Assembly: GCA_951406725.2 (NCBI GenBank)
Contig: OX597818.1
Span: 70,432,001 to 70,496,000 of the forward strand
From: Octopus vulgaris
Taxonomy: Eukaryota
Length of the DNA stretch: 64,000 nt
Direction of reading: 5' to 3'
Shown: positions 26,821 through 40,469 of the stretch, piece after piece
Layout: every line of letters begins with the position of its first letter
How positions within the stretch are numbered: the first letter of the stretch is position 1
Position numbers and translations under genes: made by a program
The notes under the pieces: model-generated
Databases searched by the model: none
Told to the model about the DNA's origin: nothing
What the model saw: only the letters and a program-made list of their open reading frames with translations

Positions 26821-27473
26821 CATAGGTATTGGAAGGTCAGCAGAAGCCCTGAATACTGACCCTTCCCCCAGTCCCAGCAAGAAAATACACACCCAACCCA
26901 TCCACCCCCAATGCGTATGGGCACCCAAATGTCTGCTTTTGTAAGCATAAAAATTCATTTCTTCATTGATTCAGGATATAGCATTTGTCTTTGACAAACA
27001 TTACATCTTGTGGCTCACCACAAATGGAAGACCAATGGAATAAGAATGCCTAAGATGACAGACAGCCAGGGTTGGAAACAGGAAGAATATCTCACCATTG
27101 AATGCTGCCTCACTAAGTCAAAGTCAAAGCATGGCACAAAACAGTTACAAAAATGATGATAATAAGAATACACACATGCACACACTGATATACACATGCA
27201 TGTTTACACACACACACACACACTCACACACACATGCACACACACTCACACACACACATGCATAAATACATATACACACAAGCATAATACATTGTCAAAT
27301 TGTATAAATTCGCCAACACCACACCTGATCTTTCTCCCCTCCCCCATACACACGCAAGCATGGATCTGACTCATACACTCTTCACTTCCCAGACATTTGT
27401 ACATTACTGCAGATGCTTTATACACACTTTTGACAAGTTGTGGTGCACCTGAGTACTGTATACAATAATTTCA

Positions 27474-27482
27474 TTATTATTA

Positions 27483-27563
<81 letters not shown>
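27474..27563. repeat. (ATT)n microsatellite
   Basis: Direct inspection. Confidence 0.95.
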
Positions 27564-27565
<2 letters not shown>

Positions 27566-28060
27566 AATAAAATAGGGACTGGAATTGAAATGATTCAATA
27601 AATCTTTGAAGGCAGTACTCCAGTATGGCCACTGTCCAACAAAACTACTAAACTAATAAAAGAATGTATACACACATGTACTTATATACAAATAGACACA
27701 TATATACCTACACAAACTCTGCATACATAGATTTATGCAGGCGCATATATACATATGTATGGGTATATATTCAAACCTTCTGTCACACACAAATATATAC
27801 ACATACATATGTAGGCATGTGTGTGTGTATTTGTGTGTATGTGTGTGTGAGTGTGAGGTGTGTGTGTATTTTATGTGGGTGTATTTGTAATTTTAATAAA
27901 CTTTTGACTTCCTGATTCCAACTGTGACGCAAGTTAAAAGTTATTAAACTGTATAAATCCTTTTTGGATAAAGAGGATTGCATCTTGCAATTCACTTTAT
28001 AGCTTAGGTGACTAATCTTTCAGCACATCTCCCTTTCTCTCTCTCACTCTTTCTCTCTGC

Positions 28061-28101
<41 letters not shown>

Positions 28102-28835
28102 GTTATCTCTCCACCTGTCTCTTTTCCTCTCTTTGGTCTCACAAAATTCCTTCTTCCCCATCGATGCTCAGACTTTGTCTGTTGATCAGATTTGGACAAG
28201 AAATAATCCAACATTTTTTTACATTAAGATTTCTTGCAGATGTAATAAAACAATATTTGAAAGGGAATTAACTGATTTACAATAGAAAGCTTAGAAATCA
28301 TTCATGCCTGAAAAAAATTTTCCAAATTTCTAGTATTGTATTTTGTTAATACTGAAAATCTGATCTGCGTATCGCCTTCTCATAGAATAAATCGAATATA
28401 GCGTTTGGTTTTCTTTTTGTTAGGTTTTAACACGTTAAGAAATAGAAAGCGCTCCGATTTACGTGACTCAAGTTTTGAATGCAATTTCGTTGTTTGATTA
28501 TCGATAATAAGGTTTCTTGTTTCATCCGGCAACCAAACTACATCATTCAAATTGAAATAGTGAAAATGTTATAAATCAAAGAGATTATTGAATTTTTCGG
28601 GTCAAAATGAATTAGAAGATTTAGTTTATCGAAATTATTGGAATTCATACGATTTTGACAACATCTTTATTATTGTAGTCTATATATGTATTTATGTATG
28701 ATATATATATATACACACATACACACACACTCAATGTTATACATTTAAATTACATATAGACACACACATATATACATATGCATATACGTTTATATATGTG
28801 TGTGTATGCAAACAAATATATGTAGACATACATAT

Positions 28836-28871
<36 letters not shown>

Positions 28872-29851
28872 TCACCATAGCAGTGTGTGTGTGTACACGA
28901 GGGAGAGAAGGATAGAAAGAGACTTTGTTACAAGTACATACCAGTATACATGTACCTACATAAATTTACATACATGTATACACAAACATATATATTAGTC
29001 TATGTTTAAATACACACACATACACATATATATATACATGTGGGTGATTGTGTATGTATATATATATGTGTGTATATATGTGCATATATATATCTATACA
29101 TACATTTATATATATATATATACACACACATATTTATATATACACAAACACACACATATATATGCATATGTACATGTGTGTGTGTGTAGAATATACATAT
29201 GCATGTGTAATATTAACTGATATACATATGTAAAAATTCCTTTTTAAGGTGTAAATTCAATAATTTATGACATAAATTGCAAATATATATCTGTTATTGA
29301 TGATGTGAATAGGATAAGCAATAAACACTGGCAAAACCCATCACTAATGCGGTCAAACTGATGCTGGAGACTGTTGTAGTGTGGTTTGCTCTTTAAGACT
29401 CAAATGCCAGGCAGAAGATGTCTCATGCCAGGAATATAATCTTCAATGAGGCAGACTCCCAGTTCAAAGGCAATGACACGTTGTTGTTGTTGTTGTTGCT
29501 GCTGCTGTTGTTGTTGTTGTTGCTCTTTCTGCTACTGCTGTTGCTGCCGCTGCTGCCGTTTCTGCTGCTGCTGTTCTTACTTCAGGTCAGTTCTTACTGT
29601 GAGGTCACCAACATATGTACGGTCACAGACATTTCAGTCGTGACCAAATCGACTTTGTTCTTTTCTGGACATAATATATCAAAGACGATATTATGTTATG
29701 CATCTGTTTTTTAATATGGTCTGATGTGATGTGAAGGATATTTGGCTGCTATTTCTTGCAAATAGAATGACCGCGATGGTGGATTGGCACCAAAAGAGAT
29801 GATAATAGGACTCCTATGTAGTTTGATCCCTCACTAAACATCCACTTCATC

Positions 29852-29883
<32 letters not shown>

Positions 29884-31230
29884 TGTGTGTGTGTGAGTAT
29901 TTAAACATAGACTAATACACAAGTAGAAGGCTTTCTCTCTTGTCTGGCATTTGTGATCGATGTCCCTACCAATGTGTCTATGACACAGGCATTGTTAAGT
30001 CACAACTTCTGTCTTAACCTTCACCCTAGCATTTATCTTTTCTTGATACTTGAGACAGGTAACAGTTGAACTCGCCTTTCTAATCCTCTTGCCACTCTCT
30101 GAGCTCAGGGAGAGACGATCAACAATGACATAACCAAGATTTGTAAACTGATAAACAACAAGTTTGTTATCAATGGTCATGGTGGTCAGTACTGCCTTTA
30201 ATACCCATGATGTTTGCTTTCTACAGACCAATAGTCATAAAGAAGTTCTTATAAGTGTGAGAGGTGTGGTCTATCGGTGACGAGAATACTTGTTTGCTGT
30301 GGCTGGCAATGGCTGTGTTTTTAGCAAACATGAAGATTCTGAAAAGTGCTACAAAAACTTTTGTTTTGAGTCTGAGATGAGATACTTTGCCAAACTAAAG
30401 AAGCTGTCATCTCATTTAGTCGATAAGCAGATTCTTTGTGTTGTGTGGCTTTGTTTCAGAAGAACAGTAAAGAAGATTTCAAAGCCTTGTTTGATGCTGT
30501 TGGACAACATGTTGAAGATCTCAGAGAAACAGCTGTTGAAGTGTGTTGTTACTGTTTTGCCAATAAGGAAGGATTATCTCATACTCTGCAGTTTTGGTGG
30601 AAATTTGAAAAGAGTATCTCAGATTGGTTGAGGAAATGTTAGATGGATGATCAAAAGGTATCTGCTTTCATCCCAACTTTAAGTACAGTGATGAAGTTTT
30701 ATATTGCTTTTGAAATTATTCTCACCAAAATTTTGACTTTGTTAGAGAGTATTATAATAAAATGGAGAAGTTTCTGTCACATACGTACATCCATATTATT
30801 GCTATGAAAGGCATTTAGGTATAGAGAGGCATAACCATCACTATGAAAATTTGCAGGTATGCATACCCCTATTATTGCTACAATTATGTAAATATAGAAT
30901 CATCAGTCTAGAAAGGCTTTAGGCTGGAGCTTATAACTGGTTTCCATGGCATTGAAGAACTGGAAATGCAAGACTTCTCTCCCTGGATGGGATGCCAGTC
31001 TTACACAGAAATCACCTCAGCAGCAACTTCTGGTCCTTATTTTCAGGTGAATGAACAAAGGGATTGTAAAATGAAGGCACAATCAGTGTTGCCTGATTCA
31101 CAAACCCAGCATTCAATTTCTTTGTCAGCTCAGCAGCTCCAGCATCTTTACGCTTGGCTATGCATGGACTTGTCTGTGTCTTTGGGCATGTGTGCATGTA
31201 TGTATAGAAGTGTGCACATACACTCACACA

Positions 31231-31269
<39 letters not shown>

Positions 31270-32253
31270 GCACATAGGTATTGATGGATGGATTCCCATT
31301 CATTCATTTTCCTTCACATCTTTACAAGTTCTCTCATTCTCATTACTCAGAGATCTTTTTTTTTTCCCCTTTTTCTTTTCTATTCTCTTTTTTCATCCCC
31401 GAAATTTCACAAACTCAGGAATAAGGTGTGGTGATAAGAAATGCACTTTGAGAATATTAATGCAGTCTTATCTTGGATTCTTTGGGAAGAGAAAAATCTC
31501 TGAACCTCATCTATTTGGGATTTCTACCAAAATCAATCAGCAGTAGAATGGATTTCCACATGAATGATCGATATGCCAGAAATAGCAACCAAATCTCTCC
31601 CAAATAACACTCTGCCATCTTAAAAATGAAAGCTTACTGGATGAATAACATAATCAAGAAAAATAAAAATTTATGGGTTGCTCACATCTGGAAAGCCTTT
31701 GTTTATTGACCTGCACAAGGTTTATTAACCTAGGGCTAAACAGCAGCCACACCAACAACAACAAATAATATAATTATGTTGTTTAGCTCCTAATCCTCAG
31801 TGAATGACTAAACCTATGATCAAAGATATTCCATCCATGACCGTCCTGTCTTTTACTATATCAAGAGCTATATTTTCTTTTGTGCCCCACTTCTAATGGT
31901 TGGAATTTTTTATTCTGTTTCTTGCAAATCAAGCAGCTGCTTACAGACCCTTTAATTGGCGTCTACTTTTGTAACTTCCAGTTGGCCCCGAGGAATCATG
32001 AAGACTATTGCAGGAGGCTGGAAATGTCATTTAGTGTTGCCCGTTTTAAGAATACAAGCTAAACTCTTTCGCTCCCTTTAGTAAATTCCAGTCTGTTGGT
32101 GTTTCATGTCTACAGACACAGACATGGCCCTGTTGATGAGAACATAGTTTGGAATTCATTCCCATTGTATGACAGCTTAGTCTTCTACTATAGCCACATG
32201 TTGACCAGAGTTTTGTGAGCAAATTTGGTGGCGAGAAACTGAAAAATGCCCTT

Positions 32254-32286
<33 letters not shown>

Positions 32287-32617
32287 GTATGTTTTGCCTT
32301 ATTTTGGCCTTATGGGATACTTGTAAGCAAAGGGCATCGTCATACAAACTTGTCCTTCATTTGCAAGCTTCTGCAGAAAGATGTCCTGCCAAGGGTAAAT
32401 ATAATATTACTTGGACACAAGTGAATGTTGGCCACAGGAAGGGCATCCAGTTGTGGAAAATTGCTTAGATAATTCCATCTGACTCAAGTAAACATGGAAA
32501 AGTGAATGTTAAAATAATGATGATGATGATGATGATTATAAAGATGACGATGATGCTGATGATGAACACGTGGTGATGATGATGATGACAACAATGATAA
32601 TTATGAAGACAATGATA

Positions 32618-32648
<31 letters not shown>

Positions 32649-33154
32649 CTGAGTCCTTCTTTGTTACCTGAATAATCTCTTTGATCCCTTCCTTCATTTT
32701 ATGCTCTTACATCACATTTTAGAACAATAGATTCCTTAAACTAATGGATGGAACATTTGTTTATTAAAGATTCTTGCATTTCTTAAACAAAAAAACAAAA
32801 AACAGCAATCATACAAAATCAAAGAAGGAGCATTTCCGGTTTCTCATGGAATTTTCTCCATTCTTCTTCTGCCGTCTTGGAGGTTTGCTTCCAAATTTCT
32901 CCTGATGTTCATTATTGATTATTAATTATTTTGTTATTAACTTTTACAAACTGACTAGACAGGTACCCAGCCAGCCAGCCAGTCAGTCAGCCTTTTAGAT
33001 GCATTATTTGTTGTAAGGAATAGCTTTGCCTTCTAAGAAAGACCATATAATCAGTCAGTGACTATATATATGAATATTATAACAAAATAGAAACGTTACA
33101 GTCCATTCAGTGTGTGTGTGTGTGTGTGTATACACATACACACACACACACATA

Positions 33155-33378
33155 TATAAGTTCAGTAAAATTTAGATTTGGTTGAATATGGTGCTTAAGT
33201 TAAAGGCACCAGAATTTAGTATGGTATCATCAATATAATTCAAAATGGGGTGATTACAATGAAAATAAGCAACAAGGATATCCAGAGGTAATACAGTACA
33301 ATCGTTTCATATTATTCAATTAAATGGAGTCACATGAAATGATCATACTGCATTACCTCTTATTTTGCTTATTTTGAT
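33155..33378. mobile_element. Asymmetric fold-back element in a (TA)n context
   Basis: Imperfect inverted arms aaaataagcaa..agaggtaatacagtacaatcgtttcat (33262-33310) and atgaaatgatcatactgcattacctct..ttgcttatttt (33334-33375), plus a one-sided extension of about 105 bp. Confidence 0.65.
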
Positions 33379-33404
33379 TATATATATATGTTATGTTTAT
33401 ATAT

Positions 33405-33504
33405 TTGTTTTGCAAGATTCTTGTTGTGAAGTCGTGTGTTGAAACAGATGTTGTTGTATTTACTGTATAAACTGGCAACATGACCATTCCTAAATACAAC
33501 AACA
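33405..33504 (-). mobile_element. Collapsed copy of the 35861-36180 fold-back family
   Basis: Perfect 14-bp arms tgttgttgtattta / taaatacaacaaca. The tail ttcaacacacga..cac..aagaatcttgcaaa (minus strand) is shared with 36125-36170. Confidence 0.7.
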
Positions 33505-33522
33505 CATATATATGTATATATG

Positions 33523-33560
<38 letters not shown>

Positions 33561-33649
33561 TTTATATTTGTATATGCAAATTGTTGGAAGTGGTGTACAG
33601 ATTATATATATTAAGAAAACGAGACACTCAGAATCTTCGACAATTATTT

Positions 33650-33690
33650 ATTTAGCACTTTCCTCTCATTTCAGAGATTCATCAGGAATG
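33650..33690 (-). ncRNA. Minimal hammerhead ribozyme motif (partly decayed)
   Basis: The minus strand reads cauuc-CUGAUGA-au-CUCU-gaaaug-AGAG-GAAA-GUGC-U-A-aau. Stem III AGUGCU is one CpG-type change from palindromic AGCGCU. Confidence 0.55.
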
Positions 33691-34469
33691 TTTTTTTTTT
33701 ACAAAAAATTTAAGCCTTTCATTTAAGGGTAAAGGGTAAGGACCCCTTTCAGTCATCAATGACTATGGAATTGTACTTAAAAAGTTCGGCCCCAAGGCAC
33801 AAGTTCAGGCTTGGTGGTTCATGCAAGACCAGCAGTCGGCCATGTCTATCAGCCTCCACTCTCCATGCGACCAATGTTATCCATGGGAAAGGCAAAGGCC
33901 AATACAACATTACTGGTGCCTTTTATATAAACAAATATATAATTGTGTGAGAGAGTTAATTGAGAAACTCTGGAGTTGAATTTGGGAAGAGATTGTTCTT
34001 TGTTGTCTTTAATATATATCTTATATAATGAAATAGAGTTTGTGTGGGGGAGGGTGCATGTGTTCCTTATGGATTTGAGAACTGAGTTGCCAATTTTGTC
34101 GTATGAGGTATCAAAAGATTCAGTAATCTTTCAGTTACCAAATAAAGTCTGCTTTTTGCACAACCACTCTTTTTTAATTGGATCGGTACACTCTTTTTTA
34201 CTACAAAATCAGATTGTACAATTTTGAGGTCTTTAGCTAAAGGAGGCAACTCAGCCTGAACAATCTTAAAATACATGGAGTGTTACCATGGAATGAAACT
34301 TCAAAAACCTGCCATCAACTATATTAGTATTATTTAGTAGATAATCTTTTAAGTTTTGTGCAACCCTCTGGCTTGGCCAGCTCCTATCAAACCATCCAAC
34401 CCATGCCGGCATGGAAGGCAAACATTAAACAATGATGATGCATGCAAGTATGTATATCTCTTCTATTTT

Positions 34470-35800
34470 TTAATTATTATAAATCTTCCATTGAGGAGGG
34501 AGCCGATTTTCAACAAAGATACAAGGCCCCATCTTTGGGATGTAGCTAACACAGACAAATTCCCATTTGGAACTTGAGAAAAGTCTTACATATTTTTACT
34601 CTTCCAGTCACAGATTGCACTTGTAATGTACGAATCAGTGAGTCAGTTTCTCTTTTTGAAAATCCCAATGTATCCAGATTCTCCTTTAAGCATTTACTAA
34701 CAAAACCTTGTGCTCCAATTATTATTGGTATGAATATAAATTCCTACTCTGGGTATGGAAGCTGGAGGTTTCGAAGCAGTTGTCCATAGATATTAATATC
34801 TGCAGGGCAGCTAACCTCTATGATGGTACATACCTTTGCTCTTCTGTCCCAAACAACAATATCCGGTCTGTTATGCTTACAGTTAACAAAAGTTTTGATG
34901 GGAATATTCCATCAGTATTCTTTGAGTTGGTGTTTATAAATGTATTCCATAACAGAGGGATTTTCTAAGTTTATTCCAGGACAGTCTTTTTTGCGGATGG
35001 CAATGTAAATTGTTTTAGCGACAACATCATGCCGCATAGTTGTGTAGTACTGTGACGACATTTTAGGACAGCTGCTTATCACATGCGTAATGTCTTCCAC
35101 AGAAACATGACACAGTCGACACATGCAGTGGCAGCTTGGGATTACAAGAGCATCCCTGTCTCTTGTCCACCAGTGGGATGTAATGTAGTGGTCTTGTGTC
35201 CAAGAGAGGCTGTGCTTCGTGTCAATTCTACTGTCATCTTCAAGCTTCCAGGCAACATACCCATGCATAGTCTTTATTCTGTATGCTGAGCGCTCTCCAT
35301 CCAGGTCTTCTCTGAGGTAAGAGAGCCCAGCTGTTTTGGGGCTGTATAGGAGATCATCAGGAAGGGAATGTTTCTTGAGGAGTTCACTACCAACTCATAC
35401 AATGTTGCTCACTTCACTTTTCAGGACTGCATTTATATATATTTATTTTTACTGCTGTTGTTTAACAGGTGCAGCCTGAGTGACACCATATAACATTCGA
35501 AGGCCGTCTGCACTGGTCTCAGGCCTCTACCACCTTCATTTTTTCTTAAGTAGAGCCTGTCAACATCACTGTTTCTGTGGAAGTTCCCAGTTGATGTCAG
35601 GATTTTGCAGGTATTGATATCTATAGAATGGATTTCCTCTACAGACTAGTCAAGTATCCCAAATGTTGGCACTGGTACTGCAAATGCATTGTGGGATATT
35701 GTTTTGCTGTAAGAGGAGAGTTCCGACTGCCATATTTTCCTAAGTCTGGTGTAATATTCCCGGGTCACTCTATCTTCATTCACAGTGCCTCCATATGATA
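34470..35800 (-). mobile_element. R4/Dong-type (RLE) non-LTR retrotransposon, 5'-truncated
   Basis: REYYTRLRKIWQSELS (RT thumb region), CRLC...EDITHVISSC (CCHC knuckle), RHDVVAK, and HNRPDIVVWD...IIEVSCP (PD-(D/E)xK endonuclease), with stops and frameshifts. Confidence 0.88.
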
Positions 35801-35860
35801 GCAACATCTGATAGCCTGGTCAGTCACGGTGATCACGGTGATATATATATTTATTTATTT

Positions 35861-36180
35861 GTGTTGTCTGGGGAGAGTGATTCTCTTTTGGTGTCTTATA
35901 ATTTTACACACTCAATGGTAAAATTTCCACTTATTTGTTTTTTATATTTCTAAAATTTTTGTTGCGTCTTCCAACTTTTTCAATAGTTTTGACTATTGAA
36001 AATGTTACAAGATGCAACGAAAAGTTTAGGAAAATAGAAATAAGAAATAAGTGGAAACTTTACCGATGATTGTGTAAAATTATAAGGCACCAAAAGAGAA
36101 TCACTCTCCCCAGACACAACAGAATATGCTTCAACACACGAACTCACATAAAGAATCTTGCAAACCAAATCCAAAACGAA
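35861..36180. mobile_element. Asymmetric fold-back element with about 127-bp inverted arms, a 4-nt loop and a 60-bp one-sided tail; each arm carries a hammerhead-like motif
   Basis: Arms 35861-35987 and 35992-36120 are reverse complements with scattered mismatches. The centre is caatagt-tttg-actattg, and both ends lie in TA repeats. Confidence 0.85.
35993..36029 (+). ncRNA. Variant (U3/A8) minimal hammerhead motif; mirror copy at 35950-35986 on the minus strand
   Basis: Plus arm: CUA-UUGAAAA-u-GUUAC-aagau-GCAAC-GAAA-AGUU-UAG. Minus arm: CUA-UUGAAAA-a-GUUGG-aagac-GCAAC-AAAA-AUUU-UAG. The consensus gives stem II GUUGC/GCAAC and stem I CUA/UAG. Confidence 0.6.
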
Positions 36181-36229
36181 ATATATATTTAATGTTGTTG
36201 TCTATATTTAGAATTACGTGGCACACCAT

Positions 36230-36445
36230 CGGTTACAATGACAAGGGTTCCAGTTGAATAAAGAGTGCGAGAAAGCAGTGGTAAAAGAGTGCAGCACAGT
36301 TTGCCACCACCACCCCCTGCCAGTGCCTTGTGGAGCTTTAGGTGTTTTCACTCAATGAACACTCACAACGCCTGTTCTGGGAATTAGAACCGTGATCCTA
36401 CAAGAGCAAGTCCACTGCCCGAACCACTGGGCCATGTGCCTCCAC
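36230..36445 (-). mobile_element. tRNA-derived SINE (third family)
   Basis: The minus strand reads ggaggcacaTGGCCCAGTGGttcgggc...GGTTCTAATTCC (A- and B-box-like). Confidence 0.65.
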
Positions 36446-37559
36446 ATATATAAAATACTGTAGGACTTATCTTATTTGATAGTCTTATGTACATAAGTTT
36501 CTATTATGTTTGTAAGTAGCAGCTAGTTCCTAGTAAAGAGTACTTCATAATGCATGTACACACAAACACACACACACACACACACACACCTAATTTTCCC
36601 TTTAGTATGTGCAATCATGAGTTAGACACAACAAGTTGTTGCCATGATATGCTTTAAGTTAGCACACACAGATGCAGAGTTTCACAAATGCAAACACCTG
36701 TGTGTGTGTGTGTGTGTGTGACGTTTTTCTTCCTTGCCTCTGTGTGACCACAAACTGCTCACACCAAAATGTTTCCATGTGATGTTTTAAAGAAGTTTAT
36801 AAAGTTCAATGTTATTAAGCATTAGTTCAAAAGTTCTAGAATTGAAGATTCAACTGAGCTGACTTTGACCAGAATAATGTTTCCAAACACCTTGCTTCAT
36901 TAAAGACTAATGCAACATTTAGATAGGAAAACGCTTGAGAGATTAACTGATAAGCGATATAAAATAGGTAGACACATTTTGTAAATGAGATCAGCGTCAC
37001 TTAGTTAAACAATGATGGTGGTGTTGGTGGCAGCGGTGGCACTGCTGCTAATGTTGATGCTGGTGATGGTGATGGTGGTGGTGATGGTGTGTAGCGGAAT
37101 CCATTTTCTAAATTCTGTTATGAAAGTAGCTGTGATAAATGGTGGTTGCTTGTTGTTGTTGCAGTTGTTATTGTTTGACCCCCAGGTCACTTTAGGATCC
37201 AACAGGCATATGAACGAGTTCCATCCATGGCGTCTTTGTCTTTGGTACATCTAAGGCTTACATTGGTCCGTGTGTCCTTCTTTTATGAAGATAGTGGGTT
37301 GTGATTTGAAAAGATTTGATTGCTCTTTCAAGCAGATGAAATGACTACAAAAAGACTCCCAGAGTGTTTCACTTGACTTCACATTAAGAAAGCCATAAAG
37401 ACAATGCTTAAATCAGTTCTTTTGTTGTTGTTGTTGTTGTTGTTGTTTTGTGTCTCCAGATGGGGACCCTTCAGTATATTATTGTTTAGAATTTATGTGG
37501 TCAGCTTTGAGAAGGAAGAACTAGGTCATAGGGTAGTCCTAACCATGACCATCTCACCT

Positions 37560-38020
37560 GCAGACATGGTTGTGTGGTAAGAAGCTTGCTTCCCACCCAC
37601 AAGCTCTGTCGTACTGTGTGGCACCTGGGTCAAATGTCTTCTAGCAGACCCTCAGACTGACGAAAGCTTTGTGAGTCGTAGATGGAAACTGAAAAAAGCC
37701 AGACGTGTGTGTGTGTATGTATGTGTCTGTGTTGTTTGCGTGTGTATGTATGTGTGTGTGTTTGTCTGTGTGTGTGTTTGTCTGTGTGTGTACATGTGTT
37801 TGTGTGTTTGTGTTTGTGTTTGTTCTCCCCACAACTGTTTGATAACCAGTGTTGGTGTGTTTACATCCCCATAACTTAGCGCTTCAGCCTAAGATACCAA
37901 TAGAATAAGTACCGGACTTAAGACACAAAAAGTCCTGGAGTCAATTCATTCAACTAAAAATCCTTCAAGGTGGTGCCCCAGCATGGCCATAGCATGATGA
38001 CTGAAACAAGTAAAAGATAA
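37560..38020 (+). mobile_element. tRNA-derived SINE copy
   Basis: catggttgtgtggtaagaagcttgcttccc ... ggtggtgccccagcatggccatagcatgatgactgaaacaagtaaaagata. Confidence 0.8.
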
Positions 38021-38237
38021 AAAAACCTAACATCTCTATAATTATTAATTTGATGTTTTAAACTAACGAATGGGAGGGATTTAGTAAAATAGCTAAAACT
38101 GTTAAAAGATAATATTTTAAAAGGTTAACTTAAAAACTCCTTTTTCTTTGACTGAGATAACAAAAGATTCTTCAACCCTTTTAGCATTTAAACCATCCAG
38201 GCCCAAATATTCTACAGGCTTTATGTTCAAACAGGGT

Positions 38238-38800
38238 ATCATTTAACATCCACTTTCCATGCTAGCACGATTTGACTGAGGACTGGCGAACCAGATGGCT
38301 GTGCCAGGCTCCAATCTGATCTGGCAGAGTTTCGACAGCTGGATGCCCTTCCTAACACAAACCACTCCTAGAGTGTAGTGGGTGCTTTACGTGCCATTGG
38401 CACGAGGGCCAGTCTGGTGGTACTAGCAACAGCCATGCTCAAATGGTGTTTTTTACGTGCCACCTGCACAGGAGCCAGTCCAGCGGTACTGGCAATGACC
38501 TTGCTCAAATGTTTTTTTCATGTACCACCGGCAAAGTGCCAGTAAGCTGACGCTGGTAACGATCACACTCAAATGGTGCTTTTTACGTGCCACCGGCATG
38601 GAAGCCAGTTAGCTGCTCTGGCAACGATCATGCTAGGATTGTGCTCTTAGCACTCCACTAGCCAGTCATTGAATTTGATTTCGATCTCATTTGCCTCAAC
38701 AGGTCTTTGCAAGCAGAGATTAGTGTCCAATGAAGGAAAGGTATGCATAAGTGGGCTGTTACACCCCTGGTATAGGCCACGAGGTTATGGTCTCACTTGG
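38238..38800 (-). mobile_element. RTE-related SINE with internal tandem subrepeats
   Basis: tttaacatccactttccatgctagc, gctggatgcccttcctaa and repeated ctcaaatggtg.tttttacgtgccacc units. Confidence 0.75.
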
Positions 38801-40212
38801 CTTATGAATTAATAGCAACACAACACAGCCTCTTTTTAATAATCATAAATATAAATATAAGGTAGCCTTATGGTTGAGTATTTTCATTAAAGATGCATCT
38901 TTAAACTAGCTGTGAAAAATAGACAGGTGGAACTGAATGTTTTTCTCTCTGAGGCCAAGAAAATAATTTTGGCCTGAGTAATTTCAACATTTTTGACCAG
39001 TTCTTCAAAGGTCAGACATTCACCATTTTTGAGAGAACAGCAGCTTGTAGCTGTTTATAATTAACACAACACTTTGTGGGATAAATACTTTAGTAAAGGT
39101 AAACTTAGGATTTTGTGCTTTATATTTTTTATGTTTGAGTACATCTGAATTGGATGGAAATGATGCTGAATTTAGAAAATTGTTATGGGATGAGTGCAGG
39201 TGGGGGGTCTTCAGTTTTTGGGTTGTTTGGGGTTTGGGTTGTTTGGTTGGGAAGGAAGTATATAAAGAAATTTAACAACATCAATCATATTCCTCTTGGA
39301 GAAAAGTAATCTTTCCGCTGTAAAATTATTTTGTTGTTATTTGATTCTAAGTCACCATCACATCAATTATCAGGCATTCTGTGACCATCACATCTTTTAT
39401 TCATGTATTATTTGTGTATGCAAGATGACATCTATAGTGACCTTTTTCTTTTTTTTAATGATAGAAGGGTGTGTGATTTAAAGTAGATTTAGCTGCTATT
39501 TCTAGTAGATTGAGCATCCATGTAGAAGACCAAGTTATGCTGTGTATGAATGTTACAGGATGTGTGGGGTCCTGTTCTCCTGCAGAATTTGTAACTATTT
39601 GTGGTTTAAGAATCACAGAAACTAGAAGAAGCCCTGACTGATGTAGGCATTAATAAACAAGAGTGCATTCTGCACCAAAAAGCTGATATGAGAGATTCTC
39701 TCGGGGTAACTACTGCAGAATAATTTGTTCTAACAGAACATCAATGTTTAAGTTGGGATAAACATTACCTCTCAGCATTGTGTTTTCTCTAGTTGAGGGC
39801 ATGGGGGGAATGGTGAATGAAACAAGCAAGGTTCTTACAACTTGTTAAACAGAACTGTTGTTGTTGTTGTCACATACTGTGTAGGTTGAGAGAAAGTTTT
39901 TCCTATTGTTTTTGTTTTATCCTTCTTATTTTGTTGAATTTAATTTTCCGTATAGAAACAGGATTTTGTAATTTTGTTGGTGAGACGACAGCTGAAGAGG
40001 ATCTGTTTGGTGCCGACCATTAATCTGCTTTAGTGGTGCCTGGATTCTAATTCGTAAATGTGTGATTAAGTGAATGAACGGTAAAGTGAGTGAGTGTGAA
40101 TCTGTGTCTTGGAATGGAATTGTAATGCCATCATGTCACAGGTGTAGGACATTGGTGGGGTGAGTGGATGTGCCTCAGTGTATATACATATGTTCATATA
40201 TACATATATATG

Positions 40213-40244
<32 letters not shown>

Positions 40245-40402
40245 GATATGTATGTGAGTGTTTGTGTTTATATATATACATATATATACATACACACACA
40301 AAGTATGGATGAAGTATACTGAGGTTAAAGAGCGTATAAAGTGTATTGCTCTGAGAGAAACTGATTGTCACTCCATTTGGGAGAGTGATATGTTGAGGAG
40401 AT

Positions 40403-40426
40403 GTATTATTATTATTATTATTATTA

Positions 40427-40469
<43 letters not shown>

